Below, one piece after another: positions 1 through 14,900 of a DNA stretch of 64,000 bases. This DNA is from Raillietiella orientalis (taxonomy: Eukaryota). The first letter of the stretch is position 1. Every line of letters starts with the position of its first letter. The position numbers and the translations under genes were made by a program. Location: NCBI GenBank assembly GCA_036172245.1, contig JAYWIR010000023.1:1302001-1366000 (forward strand). Reading direction: 5' to 3'. Under the pieces are notes generated by a model that had not been told where the DNA came from, ran no database searches, and worked only from the letters and a program-made list of their open reading frames with translations.

Positions 1-1275
<1,275 letters not shown>

Positions 1276-1447
1276 TTCAAATCAACAACAACAGTACCAT
1301 TTCTACAACACAACCAAAACTAGCAGATTTCAGACCGCTAGCGAAATTTGATTAGTGAAATGATATGCGACAAAAAAATTGACATGGGAAAACTTTGGTG
1401 CACAATTCCGTGTTCAAGGTTTTGGAAGTTGTAGGGGAAAGGACAAA

Positions 1448-1469
1448 CACACACACACACACATACACA
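1448..1469. repeat. (CA)n microsatellite upstream of PLXDC
   Basis: Seen directly. Confidence 0.9.
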
Positions 1470-1612
1470 CGTACGAAGAAAATACTTGAAAAATGCTGGA
1501 GAGTTCGAAAATGCCGACATTTTGAAAAATCAAAATCTCGGCCAGGAAATACTTTGCATTCGAGTTGGAAGTTTATGTACACTAAGTGTGTACTCTGACT
1601 CCCTTCTCTTTT

Positions 1613-1678
1613 CGGGTTAGCTAGCTAAACTTGCCTTCCAAACCCCCCCCCCTTCCCCGGGTTAGCTAGCTGAACTTG
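1613..1678. repeat. 21-bp direct repeat pair CGGGTTAGCTAGCT(A/G)AACTTG at 1613-1633 and 1658-1678
   Basis: Seen directly; one mismatch; copies separated by a C-rich spacer. Confidence 0.85.
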
Positions 1679-2158
1679 TTTCGAAACTGGCCGGGAATGC
1701 CAGGAACTATGAAAAGACAGGACTATGGAAAGATTGTGAGCACAGAAAGGTTTCTTTATGCCTTAAGGCCATGAAATTGCTGGGTTTTCACGAAACGGCT
1801 TCACCGCAGATTCGTCACGGCAAAGGAACGTCTCAACCAGCGCAATGTAATCAACCAGTAGAAGGTTTTTTGTTTTGTTTTTTTTATTTTTCCAGTCGTT
1901 GATAGTGAACTACATGTTCCCAAAGAAGCATTTACTTTCTCCCCAGAAGAAGCACGTTGGCATTACTGAATCGTCGAGCCACAAAGCACACAAATACGGC
2001 AAGCACACCATACCGCGTACATCCCCGTGCACTACGGGAAGCTCTCTCAAGCCGTAGGCTCAAAGTGTGTCCTGACAGAGGCCGATGCAAGATTCCCTCG
2101 TGGGAAAAACAGGGCTGATTTCAAGGTGCTTATTGCTTATACAAGTGGCATTTGCCAA

Positions 2159-2185
2159 GCAGCAGCAGCAGCAGCAACAACAACA
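2159..2185. repeat. (CAG)n(CAA)n trinucleotide microsatellite
   Basis: Seen directly. Confidence 0.9.
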
Positions 2186-2589
2186 AAAAAAGGTTGTCCG
2201 AAGCAGACATTCAGACCGGCGAAAAAATGATCCGTTTCCAAAAGCAAACCTCTCATCTCTTTCGCATATCATCTATGGTCCAGCGTTGGAGTGGCAGACC
2301 CAGTGATGCTTGAAAATGCATTTGAAAAGGAGATCCTGTTTATTTTCCTGGAATTCTTGTGTCTCGAGATAATTACAATGGAATGCTTGTAAGATTGTGG
2401 AAGCATTAGCATGGTTTGGGGTTTGGAACATTTCTGCACTAGCTAAGCTGCTTCTTCAAGACTTCTAACAGATACGATTTTAATGTTCGTTTCTCAGAAG
2501 TTAGACGCCAAACGGCTGTCCACTACTGTCTCAAAGTGCCTCGATTTCTTTTCTGATTTCTTCAAGAGGATCTGTTTGTAATGTAGATC

Positions 2590-3190
2590 CTGAACACCGC
2601 ACTCATTGGGGTGTGCTTCTCCAAAACAATTTCACCAAGGCTGAAGGGCTCGGAGTCCGTTCCTCTCACGCTTGGGGAGAGATCCCCTCGGAAGGGGGGG
2701 ATCGCACCTCCCACCCTGGTTGCCCGCGTCGAAGGCTTTGTAGCTAAGGCTTCCGCGCGTGGTACCATGCGTCGCGGGATCAAATACTCCGGCGGGTTCC
2801 CTTCGGAGAAGAAATTCCTACTAGCCGAACCTTTCCGGGTTCCCTTCGGAGAAAATGAAATGGAGAGGACCACCCCCCTCCCGGGGAGTGTCCCTCCGGA
2901 GAGAATGAGGAAGGAGATTCCCTTCGGGGTTCCCCTTCGGAGACAACCAGCGTGAGAGGAACGGACTCCGAGCCCTTCCTGGATTCATAGGACGGACCCC
3001 CATCCGGGGAGTGTCCCCTAGCCTGAAGAATTACGTTGAATAATTACACTCCCCCCTGCGGGTGGCCGCAGGCGGAGTGGCGTGGAAACAAAACTGTGTG
3101 TTTAAAGAGCCACGTGCGCCGCGAGGCACGCGATCGGTTCATGAGGTACTCAGCGAACCAAAAAAATGAAAACCCGAAAAAAAAAAAAAG
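2590..3190 (+). mobile_element. Composite UUCG-hairpin repeat, copy A1 (opposite orientation to A2-A4), with an internal perfect 30-bp inverted repeat and an A-rich end
   Basis: Repeated CCCTTCGG units. Shares GAGTCCGTTCCTCTCACGCT and CCTGGATTCATAGG blocks with the copies at 32.6, 45.3 and 60.9 kb. Inverted repeat at 2643-2672/2949-2978. A-runs at 3159-3189. Confidence 0.75.
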
Positions 3191-4299
3191 CGACGACAGA
3201 AGAAAAAGAAGAACCCAAGGATTTCCATCATCCATCATTTCCATCGTTGTTCTGCGCGTGCGCAACCATTCCCGGAGCAACGAGAAAAATACTGCTACTG
3301 ATACTGCATCTTCCTGGACGTTCGGATAGCTGCCCATCTACCGAGAGTATCAACCCTCTCGTGATGCTCAGGCATCACCGGTGGTGGTAAGCCGTGTCCT
3401 TCGGTCTACTAGGCAAATCTGGATTTGGAAAGTGGAGGCTGTGCCCAATCATGAATGGAAGACTCAGCAAAATATTCCGCCATGTTTTCGGAGGATCGAT
3501 TGCATTATGTGTCCCACGTTCCTCACTGTTCGTACTCTGCCTGCTCGGTATGGTCGGCTGGAGGCTGGGAGGCGGCTCTCGTCTGATGACTGAGCCGTGA
3601 ATCTCCTTGATATACTTTGGAGTTCTTCACGAGGAGTGAAATCTCTTGGCATGGATCCACCCGTTTGGTGCTCCAGATCGAGGACCTGGCAGCTGCGCTG
3701 ATCTTGCTGCTGGAATCTGCCCAGTTAGTGTCAGGGAAAAAATGTGGCGGCAACTCTGCTCTGTTAAGGGACGCCACAACATTGCGCCTATTGTGATTCT
3801 TCATCTGTGCATCTGTTGTTAACGTCAGCGCTTTTCATCTCGAAAAAGGACCCTGTGAACAATGTCAATGAAGTGCTGTGGCGGCCGTATTCCCCCAAAA
3901 GAGAAATGGGACTTTATGTTTGGGTCCCAAAGGTTCCTTTGATTTCTGCAGGATCTTCCTGGAACGTTTTCTGCAGAAGCTTCCTATCGAAGGAGCTTCG
4001 ATGTGCTCCTGAAGGCGCCACCATTTCCTGCAATAAATTCTCACGGGTAACTTCCGAGTCCAGGTGCCGAATTCCAGGAGCAAAGTCAAGATACTCTGAG
4101 AGGGCCAGGTGTCGGCACCTTTGGATGATATCGCGACTGGCATCTGGAGCCGCTAGACTGACTAACGAGGATTCAGACGGACGCCGAGGAAACGCTGTTT
4201 CTCTCCAGATGCGTTAATCATAATTTTACTTGGGATGTTGCATCTTTACGATGCATGAAATGCAGGCGAAGAATTGACCAAATGCCTGTCCTTTCCAGA

Positions 4300-5300
4300 C
4301 TAGAAATCTGCAAACTGCTGAGGTTCCAGTATTGACTGCATTTTTTTCAAGAAGGAAGAAAAAGCGCGAAGTTCCCAGCTGAAGCTGTTTGCCTCGTCCT
4401 GTGCTCTCTCTATCGGTCCATTCCTTTCCAGTTACCAGGTAACTTCGTGACTCCTCCTGCTGAAAATTTCTGATATTTTAACCCCCGAAGGCTTTCAGAT
4501 GTCCTTTTTTTTTTTTTTTAGCCCCTTAAGGCTCAGTTTTTTTCTCGCCACTGCAGAAGTTGCAAATATCTGAGGGTGGCATCATCTGAAGAGCCAATGC
4601 GAGAAGGATAAGGGGATGAAAGGTAGGTGAGAAACTCCTATTCTTATTCATTCTGCACACGGTCACGAGGGGACATCCTCGCCCTCTTTTCCTTGTTCAA
4701 TGAAGCTTTTTTTGGAGCTATAGTCCGGTTTCGCATCTCCAGCTGTCAGCGAGAGTTTATCTGTGCTGACATCTGCTTGGGGCTGGGCATCCCGTAGAGA
4801 ACGATTTCCTCACCAGACGAGAAGCAATACTTCTTTCGAGTGCGCCTCCCAAACCCTCGAGAGTCTTTACCTTGTTGCATTAGTTACGAGTGTCCGCTCT
4901 TGATCTTCTGCCATAGCTGTCTGCAAGAACAGATCTTTTTCCGGAAGATCGCGCGAGGAAGCTCATGAAGATTTACAGTCCATAAATTTTTCTCCCACGA
5001 GAAGACGTGAGAACTCCAAAATCGTGTTCGCCATCCACCCTTTCTCGGATGTGCGAGGGCACTCTGATTCGGGTGTTTTCAGGATCTCGGAGATTTCCTT
5101 AGAGGTCGGTCGAGTGCCGTTTGCACTTCCAGAGCGAATCCTGTTGAAGAATGAAACACCTGAAGCTTGTTCCCCGCAGATCCCCTCTACGTTTTACCTT
5201 TCGTGGCGTTCCTTGCTTTTTGAAGGTCATCGTTCATCACTTGGCATCAGTGGTTTTGATTTTCACTCCTGGGAACCCTTCCAGAGATTTGCACAAGAAT
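4300..5300 (-). pseudogene. Possible decayed viral glycoprotein-like fragment upstream of the L N-terminus
   Basis: CFILQQDSLWK (~5125-5160) resembles YCKLQQDSMK at ~54305-54335. Position matches rhabdovirus G-L gene order. Weak. Confidence 0.3.
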
Positions 5301-8300
5301 TCTACAAGCGATTTCCAGGTATTTTCGACATTGTCTACTCGATGATGAGCGATTAGATTTCACGTTCTTGGAACTGATGCTCTCTTTGCTTAAGAAGGTC
5401 TAAGTAGCTATCTATGAGAAATTGCAAGAACCTGGTGATCCATTGCAGATTTTTGATATTCTATGTGCACAAGCTGCACTTTGCCTGTAAGCTCTAGGTT
5501 ATCTTTTGCACTCACTGTCCTATGAAGTCCTATGACATTTCATTCTGACCTAAGCTAGTGACCGAATCACTGAAGCCGATGTTTGATTCCTTTCTTGTAT
5601 GCAAATAAAATTTTCGTTATAATCCTGAAATTACTGCAACCTCCGACAGGACTCAACTCTGCAGAGATTATTCCGAGGAATTTTTTGCTTAATCCTCAGG
5701 TACTGTCCGGTGGGCAGCGAATGGTGAGGGAAGGAAGAGTTCATTAATGAAGATTCTATTTTTGTGACGTTTTACCGAAAATGCTGTAATCGTTGAGGAT
5801 AAACACTGTGGAAGGTAATATTCCTTCCGGGAAGCAGCGAAAGAAAAAGCAGTGAATTAGATATATTTCCTACAAACTGCATGACCACTGACAAACATCA
5901 CTTTAAAGATTTGACTGATACAATGTAATACATCCTAAGGGAGTCCTGAAGCTCCCTTAGATTTGTGATAACTACTCAGGGTCATCATAACTACTCACTT
6001 ATTCATGATCGTCGCGATTCATCGTTTCTCAGATAATCATTTAAAACAGAACCCGAATAGACACGAAAAGCAGCACGGTGGACCTGTAGTGTTGGTATAT
6101 GACACGTACCCGGAAAGAATCTCCGAATGCAAAGTCCTGCTGTGAATCAGCTGATATTCCTACTCTTCCTTCCAGCTAGAACCAAAAAGACCAAATTATT
6201 TACAATAGGATCAACCTATGTGATCCAGTCTGGTTTTTGTCAAGTCAAGTAGCCTGGCCCAGTTAATAACGATCATTTCAAGTTGTTGTAGACGGGTATG
6301 GCACTTTCTGGATTGCAAACTCGTAGGATGACACGCATCATGCTCCATAAATAGATGTTTAACAAGAGACTGGTTCTCTGTGGCTGCTTTAGGAACAGAC
6401 CAAAATTCCCTCTCTTGAGTTTGCTTGATAACTCCGGGAGATCAAGGAGATTTACCTATCTCACAAGACATGTCAGTGAGTGCGCCGTTGGCGTTTCCTG
6501 AATTATTTTTCCATAGCAATGGTTCCGTCCGTGCATCTCAATCAGTTCTGTCTCTGAGCGAAAGATGTGACTTTACACAATGAAATATTGATATTATCTT
6601 CGCGTTTCAGCAGCTTCCCCATGGAAGCTTTTGAGCACTTGAGTGAGTCTGCTGAACAGAAACGCAGAATTTCCTTTGAGGTTTTCAATCATGGAAAGAC
6701 CTGTTTGAATTCAGATGATCTCACGACTGTGATGTACCGTCCTTGAACTTTTGAATGATCATGACGATTTAGAAGGATGCAAGAACTACTCATGTGAGAG
6801 CGAGGCAGTGCCATGGGGAAAAAAAGCACTGACAGACGTGAAAAAGATTAAATGTAAGAAGACCATCCCTGCTCTTCGCCGACGGAGGAGCATCGGCTTC
6901 AGAGGTGTATTTCTGGGAACCTGAGATCGGAAGAGCTGCAGGATCCGAGAACTTGGTCTCCTTCGTAGGCAGCTTACATGAGGAAGAGAATGAGATGTGA
7001 GCCAATATCCGACACAGCCGTGAGACATCTTGCGTTACTGACCGGGGCGAACAACAGTTATCGAGTCCCCGGCGCACTAGTAAGATAGTGGAAATTCTGG
7101 AGAACTTCTCCAAGATATATTGTGTGCAATAAAATCGATCGGAAGCTACGATTCAGTGGCATGGAAAATATCCAGTTAACCTAACGTTTTTCGAGCAGTT
7201 TTCACCTTGTGCTGGAACGCCAGACTAAGTGCAAGCGGTTCATGGGGGAGCGTCCCGAATATGGGGGTGGGAAGCAAGGAGAAATAAATGTGTTTCCTTC
7301 GCGCAATCTGTTCGGAAGCCTTCCTCTAACTGTTGTAAGCAATCCCTACTTGAAAGAAGGGATCGTGTGGCAAGCTGACGTGAGCAAATGCCCATTCTTC
7401 CCCCTTCGTCCTATGAATCTGGCCTGGTAATCATCCCGAGGGAGGTTAGCGCTATCTGTGCTGTTGTGTTGAGATGAGAAAAAATGATCGCGAACGTGTG
7501 ATGGTATTTCTTTGAACTCTGACCTTCCACGGGTATAGTGTGATCCCATGGCAGTGTGTGAGCTAGCCCATCTGAACACGTACTTCCCTGCTCAAGTATG
7601 CCACCGGATGAGTCATGCTCGGGATTACAAAAAGATCTGGAGATTCGCCGAGTGTGTTTGGCTGCTCCCTAGATACGATGCCTGTTGGAGAGGGAAGAAA
7701 AGGAGTGCAATAGGGAGTGAGTACCATTTGGAAAAAAACATGATTCTGCGTGTTTCTCTATGAAAGGTGTGATCCTGCGTGTTTTGGGCTGAACCTGAGC
7801 CATGAGCGCGGATACGATTTGGACCACTCAATAAATTCTACCTAGCGATTCTTCTTAATCGCGATCAAATGAATTGTAAATCAAGTTTCATCGTATCCCA
7901 GCTCCCTCAAACCCTCACTAGTCAGCGATCAACGTCTCTCTAGAAGGAAGTTACCCACACGACTTTGCGTTGCTCACACTGCTGCGATGTTGGCATGGAT
8001 GAAGCACGTGGGGAGCGTCCGGGATTCTCCCAGTGCAGCAGACTGCCATGGCTGTTGATGGATGATTCACGACGCAACCAGGCATCTGAGTCAACTACTT
8101 ATTTTGGAAGAAGAGGGAGGGAGGGGGGAGGGGAGAGGAGAAAGGATGCTCAGCTTCCTTTGCTGTGAGCTCAGACTGGAAGCACTGCATTGTTGCAGTG
8201 ATTCTTTTTTCCTTCTTGAGTTGCCCTTGGCCTTCACGTAATTTGCTAATGCGACAGGGTTTGCTCGGATCGTGACTCAGAGACGGCTTCTCCATCAGAT

Positions 8301-9200
8301 CAGCATCACGTTGCTAGGTTCTGTCCAGATCAGCAAGAATTCGCACCGGGAAAGGAGGAGAATCGGAGTTGAGTTTCAGCAGCCGAGTTGAAAGAAAGTG
8401 GCAAGCTGTCTCCGCGCGCGTTTCATTCAGCTCCTTCCAAAGCACTGGACAGGGAAGGAACCGGCTGGGAGTACTCTAGGGAAGTCTCCCGTCATTTGAA
8501 TTAGGCGAAGCAAAAAAAGGATCTTCCGCAGAGCTAAGCAAGGTCTGTGGAAAATCCTTTCTTGTTTTCTTTTTTTTTTAATATTTCATACGGACCCCTT
8601 CCCATTTCCTCAGTCGGACTATTGAATGACCATCATGACTCCGAAGCAAGGTAAGTTGAAAAGTAGATTGTGAATCTGTGTACACCAGTGAACTTCATGG
8701 TAAGGAAGTTGATTACGATGTAAAACAACTCATAAGAATGGTGCTAAGAAGCTCCCCATTATTCCTTATGATCTCCTTGTACTTTAAAGAGAGCGTACTT
8801 CAAAAGGCCGCCTCAGCCGCTTATTGTTTGGAGCATGCTTTGTTTTTCTCTTTGGACACTACATGATGACCTTTGGAATAAGTCTTCACCTATTCAGCAT
8901 TCTCACTAATATGAGAATTCTATTATTATACAACTAAACTGGAATAAAGTAACCTATAAGTATTCTGCATGATGACATGAAGTGTTCTTCCAATGATATT
9001 TCTCTCACGAAGCTCAGACTCAAGTTTGTCTAACTTGCTTTTGTTTCGTGCCACATCCAGAGTTTAGGTACATTCACACAAGCACGTTAGTTCCTTAGGA
9101 AAATAGTGGTTACATGTTTTCAAAAATCTATGTGTTTATCTGAACTTTCAGCACTTGGATTTGCGACAAGGTTGCTTCCTCTCCAGTATTTTGGAATTTT
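5300..9200 (-). pseudogene. Endogenous viral L fragment: conserved region (CR) IV through capping and methyltransferase domains
   Basis: In collinear order: LLFNLPCFG (~8640-8670; LPxxLGG), EDPF (~8514-8526), PSLSHD (~8270-8290), ASYLGSSQT (~7655-7680; PYxGSxT), EGRVGISA (~6150-6175; GEGxG) and S.*EIYL (~5860-5885). Confidence 0.72.
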
Positions 9201-9439
9201 ATAGACTGACGGCTTTTCTACGCAGGTTTAATCTGCTAAGCGGGTAAATTTTTTCCCAAAACGCACCCACGAATGGGGCGAAAACGAATAGGTATGCGGC
9301 AAACGCACAGCAAAAGTATCTGTTGGTAGATTTCGATGAAACAGAAAAAAAGGTTTATTCATGGAAATTTCGTTATCGTACAGAAAACAAGAAGCTTCAT
9401 GCATAAGAAGAAGAGAAAAACTCATATAAGAGATTCCAC

Positions 9440-10520
9440 TTGATTTTTCCGTACGATCTTTTCCGAAACAAAGATACGCCACAGAGTGGCACCTCCCAGG
9501 GTGAGCACCAACGTCGCGTTTCCTTACGAATGCCCTGTTTTGAACACCACACGATGCATCTTCCCGATGCACTCGTTTTCGATGGTGTACATGGCATAAA
9601 ATTTGGAGAATGTTTTCCGATGAGACGTTAGGCTTGGTAGCTGGTCGACCAGCTGTCACAGTTTCTAGAGTTGAAGATTCCTCAATAATCTGTTCAATAC
9701 ATTCGAGCAAAGAATCGAATCCATTTAATTTTCCATTCTTTTTTTTCATATAATATGAATCCGAGCACATGACGTCTAAAAGACGGGGAAATATTCTCCT
9801 TCTTTAACCTCTTTCTTGCCAACGCATGGGCTGCAATTCTACCATCGCTTCTATCCACTCCATCCATTTTTTTTCCCATAGCCAACAACCACTTCAAGCT
9901 TCTTTTTTTTTATTTTTTTTTTTATTTTTTTTACCACACCCCGTTTCTCCGTTTCCATCATTGGCTGGAGCCATGTATATTGTACTGAGGAACAGTACAT
10001 CCCTTTTGTCCCACCACTTCAATGACATGATTTTGTCATTATATCTCGCAATGTACCGACCTTAGAAAAGTTGTTTTTATATCCTCAAAGATACCGAGTC
10101 TCCACTGCCCCATTGTACCAATAACGTCTGTCTTACAAGTGTATGGTTTCGGTGTGAGTTCTACACTTGTGTACCAGTTACCCAAATAGAATGTATATCC
10201 CTGGGCTAATAGGTCATGAGAGAGTTCAAGAACGATGCGAGTAGCGGTCTTATAACGAGAATAATTTTGACCCTGTTGAAATTTCAAATTTTCTATCCAG
10301 ATTGACTTTTGCATAAGACAAAAGATTTCATCCGAAAACGACTCCTTTTAGAAGGTATATCTTCTTCTTCCAAGGCAATCTCCGTTCCCATAACAACGAG
10401 GATTCATCAACACGAATGTCTTGTTCTGGGATGCATAAGGATTTGCATTTAAGTTGGATTCTTTCTCCAAATAGCTTCAATTTTAGAAATTCTGCTTCTT
10501 GAGGTCATTTTTCGGTTACC
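9440..10520 (-). mobile_element. Decayed piggyBac-family (PGBD4-like) transposase
   Basis: IPEQDIRVDESSLLW..RLPWK; IVLELSHDLLAQGYTFYLGNWYTS..TDVIGT; KWWDKRDVLFLST; MDGVDRSD..ARKR; C-terminal RCIVWCSKQGIRKETRRWC..EVPLC. Motifs are split across frames and the DNWY catalytic D reads G. Confidence 0.9.
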
Positions 10521-11276
10521 TTCGAAATGAAAAAAAATAAAATGACGTTTACATCCTACATCGATCACTTTTTGCCAAAACGAATCATTTAAAGCCTTAA
10601 TTGAGGAAAATTATTATTTTCCTCAGTTAGGGCTTCAATTATGTAAAAAATATATGAACAAACTCAGTACGTAAAAACAAAAGGAAAGAAGAATCATTTT
10701 GTTTGGTTGGCATGCCTTACATCACTTCAAAAATGTGTTGATTAAAAATTAATGAGGTCACTGCACATTGCAGTGTCGATCAACATATAAAATCGAAATA
10801 CACAAATAAATGAGATTGTTTTGACTTTTTTTTCTTTTCTACTAAAATTCCGTATTTCGATAGCAAGATGCAATTTTTCCACATATTCGTCAAACGAACC
10901 ACAGTGACATCTTTGCAGAGCGTAGGCACGTGTCGAACTCTCTTAGGTGAATGTCCAGCTCCATTTTACAGAGATTATGCACAAATAACCATCATACAGT
11001 GTTCAGAAACTATTTTGAGAACTTCCTGTTTCATTAATAAATGTGTTTTATCACTTGATCTATGTGTTTTCATATGAAGAAGTTTCGTAGTTGCCTTCTG
11101 AAAGGCTATCAATTTTGGGTTTTAATCCGCAACCTTCTGATTACAGATTGATATTGTTTTCCACAGTGATGAGAAGTGCTTAAAGTAAGTATTATGTACA
11201 TAATGCTTCCACTGGAAAACACCTCCCCCTCCGAAAAAAGAAAAGTACTGAAGGAATGACAGCTTTTAGTAAATAC

Positions 11277-11278
<2 letters not shown>

Positions 11279-11306
<28 letters not shown>
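11279..11306. repeat. (AT)n microsatellite
   Basis: Seen directly. Confidence 0.9.
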
Positions 11307-11310
<4 letters not shown>

Positions 11311-13099
11311 CAAATCTCACCATTCAGAAAATTTCTTCCTACTATACAAAATAGCACGCATTTTATGTAATTTAAATATGTTGTTGAATTTTTCATTTTG
11401 CTTTTCAAGCAATGATTTAGTGCTACCTTAAAAAATTTTTCCGATGCAAGAAAAAAAGAAGCATCTACAACCTACAAAGGAAAATTCAAATCTTTCCCAG
11501 AGGGCAAACCATGTGGAAAAAAAAGTCAAAAAGTTCGGCATCAAAAAGGGAAAAAAAAGTAAATGTCGAAACCACAAGTGATCCACATTTCAAACACATT
11601 CGTACCCTGAAGTGCCGCTTCCGTACAGACACTGCGCGTCACCATGGAAAACAGAAACGCGCGTTCCTACATCGGGAAAGAACGTTGTGCAATCTAAAAT
11701 TCCAGGATGTGGCTACGTCTTCAGAAAACTGGAAACTCCAGATTCCGTGAAACAAACAACTCGCCCATTTAATTAAGTCCCTTGGTCTAAAATATTACTG
11801 CTGCAAATGTTTCGGATGATTCGTTGCGGGGATCGTGGGTTTCGTTTCCAATGTTCCAAATGGTGGTGGTTTCCAATTACGCTTAATTCCATAGAACCGA
11901 CGTAACTCTTGCCAAGTGTCTATTACTTTCATGCAAGCTCTAAACTGCCTGTTGACAGTATGTGGCTGTATTGCATTTCTTCCCTAATGAAATTTTGAAA
12001 TTTACGTGAAAGCCTACTGAAAACACGTTGTTATCTTTAAAATTCGGTGCAATCGGCGTAGAGATATATCAAGTGATCTCATTATGCCCAATGTATTTTT
12101 TACTGCGATGAAGTATTCCACATTTTCCTCGTCAACAAATCAAGGTTTTCCTAACGCTTTTTATGGGAATATGTTGCAATTCATGGCTTCCAACGGTTCT
12201 TCAGGAACCCATTGGCAAGCGGAAAGAAACCAACGACGTTGGCACCAGCTGCTCCATTGGGCAGCACCATTCTTTTGCGTTTGATGCATTGCCTAGTAAT
12301 ACTTTGCTCAACGAGCGTAGTTCTTTAATTTCGCTTAGATGTTTCTTAGAAATTCGTTTTCTATCACCTCACATCAATTTCCATATTCACGTCTACATTT
12401 GGAAGTAAAGCTGAAATGTTTCAGATATCTTTTCAACTCATTATGCTGTAGACTGAATACATCAGTCATTCGTTCACTTTAATAAAGCCTTACTTGGGTA
12501 CAGAGTGACTAATCATTAAGAAATGAGTCCTAATACCTGAAATAATACTTTACATTTTCGTCCTTACTACTGTCATTATCACCCTTATCACAAACCAACA
12601 TACCAAAAAACAGTTAATGATAATAATATTCATTTGATGTGATTATCATTAGTGAACTATCCCCCAAAGTGACACCGCACTGTACTCTCCAACAGCAGCA
12701 AACACTTGACCAAAGTAAGCACTATGCCTTACTGCACCCTCAGTTGGCATAGTGCTTATGACTTTACCGACTTCAATGCTACGTTTCCCTTCAGGAAACG
12801 TTCCTACGTTTCCGTTCATGTCACCGTCAATACAGGTGAGACAAGAAATGTCTCACCACGTCAAGGACCTCATATCAACAGTTCAAACTCATCTCCCAAC
12901 ACCAACTTAACCACTAGAATCCAGGTCCCAGTAAGCCTCCTTCCCCAATGACAAACATCTCATATGCAATCTTGCTTTTGCTTATGGCTTTTTATGAGGC
13001 CTGGTACGAATCGATACGTTGAAGGAAGAAAACCAAATCATAAGAAACAACAAATGTGAAGAAATCAAGCACACGTGCAGTGGTTTAGTGCAAACATTG

Positions 13100-14900
13100 A
13101 TTCGGTTGGTGCAGTGTCGCCATTATTCGGCTCAAACAACTGCGAACGCACAAACTAATAAAGGTGAGTTCCTGCATTGCCAATTTCTCGTACATCCGCA
13201 GCGCACCGAGAATTTCTGCGCCATCTCATCACTACGCAGCAGCATTCCTCATCCGTTTCAATGCCTTCGCAACGCGTTGGCGCTGCGTGAGGCACTGCCC
13301 CGTCATCTGGCGATGGCAGTCCTCCACGGGCATCACCGCCGTGCACCGTAACCCTCCTCCTCACCCTTTCGCTACGGGGAAAACGAAGATGGTCCGTTAC
13401 TTTGGCAAAGACGCGGAGAGTTTCTGAAGCACGTTCGCGCTCCGAAGAATCGCGCGCCCGCACCGCTCGTGACGAACTCTTCGTGCAGCTTCCCCCCCCG
13501 GAGCTAGAGAAAATCCAGTACAACGGATCACAACAGGAGCAAAATTGTGCTATCGAGAGGTAGGCGGTGCTGGCCCGAAGCAAAGATGAGAGCCGATGCA
13601 GCGCACCCGCTCTGCAGACTTTAAGAAAAGATGGAATCTGAGCTTGGACTTGGAAAATTTCAGTGCCCTCTGCTTGGTTCTCACTCTTCGGAGACTCAGC
13701 GCACCGTCCAGCTGACGGGCGAGGCGGTGGTCTCAGCAGCTGAGAAATCCACAGAGTATTCGAGGAAAATCCTCAAAGGAGCCCGATCGCTCAAACATCT
13801 CTTTGGCCATCGATGAGACGAGAAAACGCTTACGGAAAGATCCAGCCAGGAAGACGTCCAGCCACCGAGCGAGAGATGCGGCTTGATCCCTAAAGGATGT
13901 TCCACCCAGAGGCAGCCGGACACATATCCTGAGAACTAGTCGCATTTTAGCAAGCAAACGGAGAAAGAAGGGATTCGGATGCGGAAGCCGTGTGTTAAGA
14001 ATGGTCTTGTCCGTGTACCGCACCCTCTTGGAAGCTGTGCTGTACCAAACAGAAGGCCAATTTCAACTTTAAGTTGCAATCGGCGTTTACAGTCTCGAAT
14101 CATGCAGCCACTTTCGTGGCCGCAGGCAACTCGTAAGGCTGCTGCTTCCCTGACGTGCAAGAAGCCTCCGTTCCTGCCACCCGTGCATGGAAGAAAAAAT
14201 GTGCATCTCATGTGCATCTTCTCCATCCCTCGATGGAGGGCGAGCTGCTTACGTGCAGGGACTTTGGACATTACTGCACTGTTGCGAATGGCTACCGCGT
14301 GTTGCCACTGCTGTTGATTCGTAAGATGCGCTTGCCACGAGCGTGCTGCGTGGCTTGACCAAATACAGCAACGGCATCAAAGGATTTCATGAAGCTGGCG
14401 ACAACCCTCAGCTTCGACACTGTTGTTGCCAAAAGTGAGATCAAGACAAACAAGAGAATAGCAGCCATCTGGGAGAGGGGCTGACCTACTGGGCAGATTC
14501 GAGTCTCCGGGAGAATACAGCACAATCGGATCCAGTGGGTCTGAAGACGAAAAGAAAGCTGCTGAAACGTGTCCTCTGGAAAGCCCATCACAAAACGGCT
14601 CCCTTGAGAGATATTCAGCCCTCTCAACTTCTAGGTATTCAGCTTGCCGAACTGTGTCGTTCAAGAGAGGTTTGGAGATGGTGAACAGGGCAGTCTATAC
14701 GACGTGTCGAGGAAAGCCCAAGCCGCAGGCAGTGAAGTAAATTCGAGTTGCGAGTAAACAGATCACGCTGGAAGAGTTCGTTTCAACCATCATTTTATTC
14801 AGGAATGTTAGGCACACGCACTTCGAAACCTATATTCTTTCCACGGACAAGAAATGCCTCTGGCAAGACCGTGATGTCCCCAGTTGGTGCACCCTTTCTT
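13100..14900 (-). pseudogene. Probable endogenous viral L fragment (methyltransferase/C-terminal region)
   Basis: GC-rich island. FCDGLSRGHVSA..IVLYS (ORF 14377-14664) resembles the GDGxGG..YNSL part of the L MTase; FFLPCTGGRNGGFLHV follows downstream. No RdRp motif anchors the call. Confidence 0.45.

Larger units (their letters stand above)
1750..4200 (-). pseudogene. Endogenous viral element: N-terminal part of a Mononegavirales-like L protein, interrupted by the composite repeat at ~2590-3190
   Basis: IRHLDSEV at ~4049-4070 resembles the L N-terminal HLxSP motif. SATPTLDH at ~2275-2300 resembles GHPxxD, and INDWKNK..KTF at ~1860-1905 resembles DWxxxxFxKxF. Order is collinear; many stops and frameshifts. 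Confidence 0.55.

Noticed and set aside
2085..2306. Poly-Q ORF as a secreted protein
   Set aside because: Explained by a CAG/CAA microsatellite on the antisense strand of a decayed viral fragment.
2790..2945. CRISPR-like repeat-spacer array
   Set aside because: Eukaryotic context, short irregular degenerate units, and no cas genes.
4341..4351. CTTGAAAAAAA (minus strand) as a rhabdovirus gene-end signal at a G-L junction
   Set aside because: No AACAG-like gene start follows, and A/T runs are common here; cannot be supported.
9228..10600. piggyBac terminal inverted repeats with TTAA duplications
   Set aside because: TTAA sites exist, but I found no matching inverted termini.
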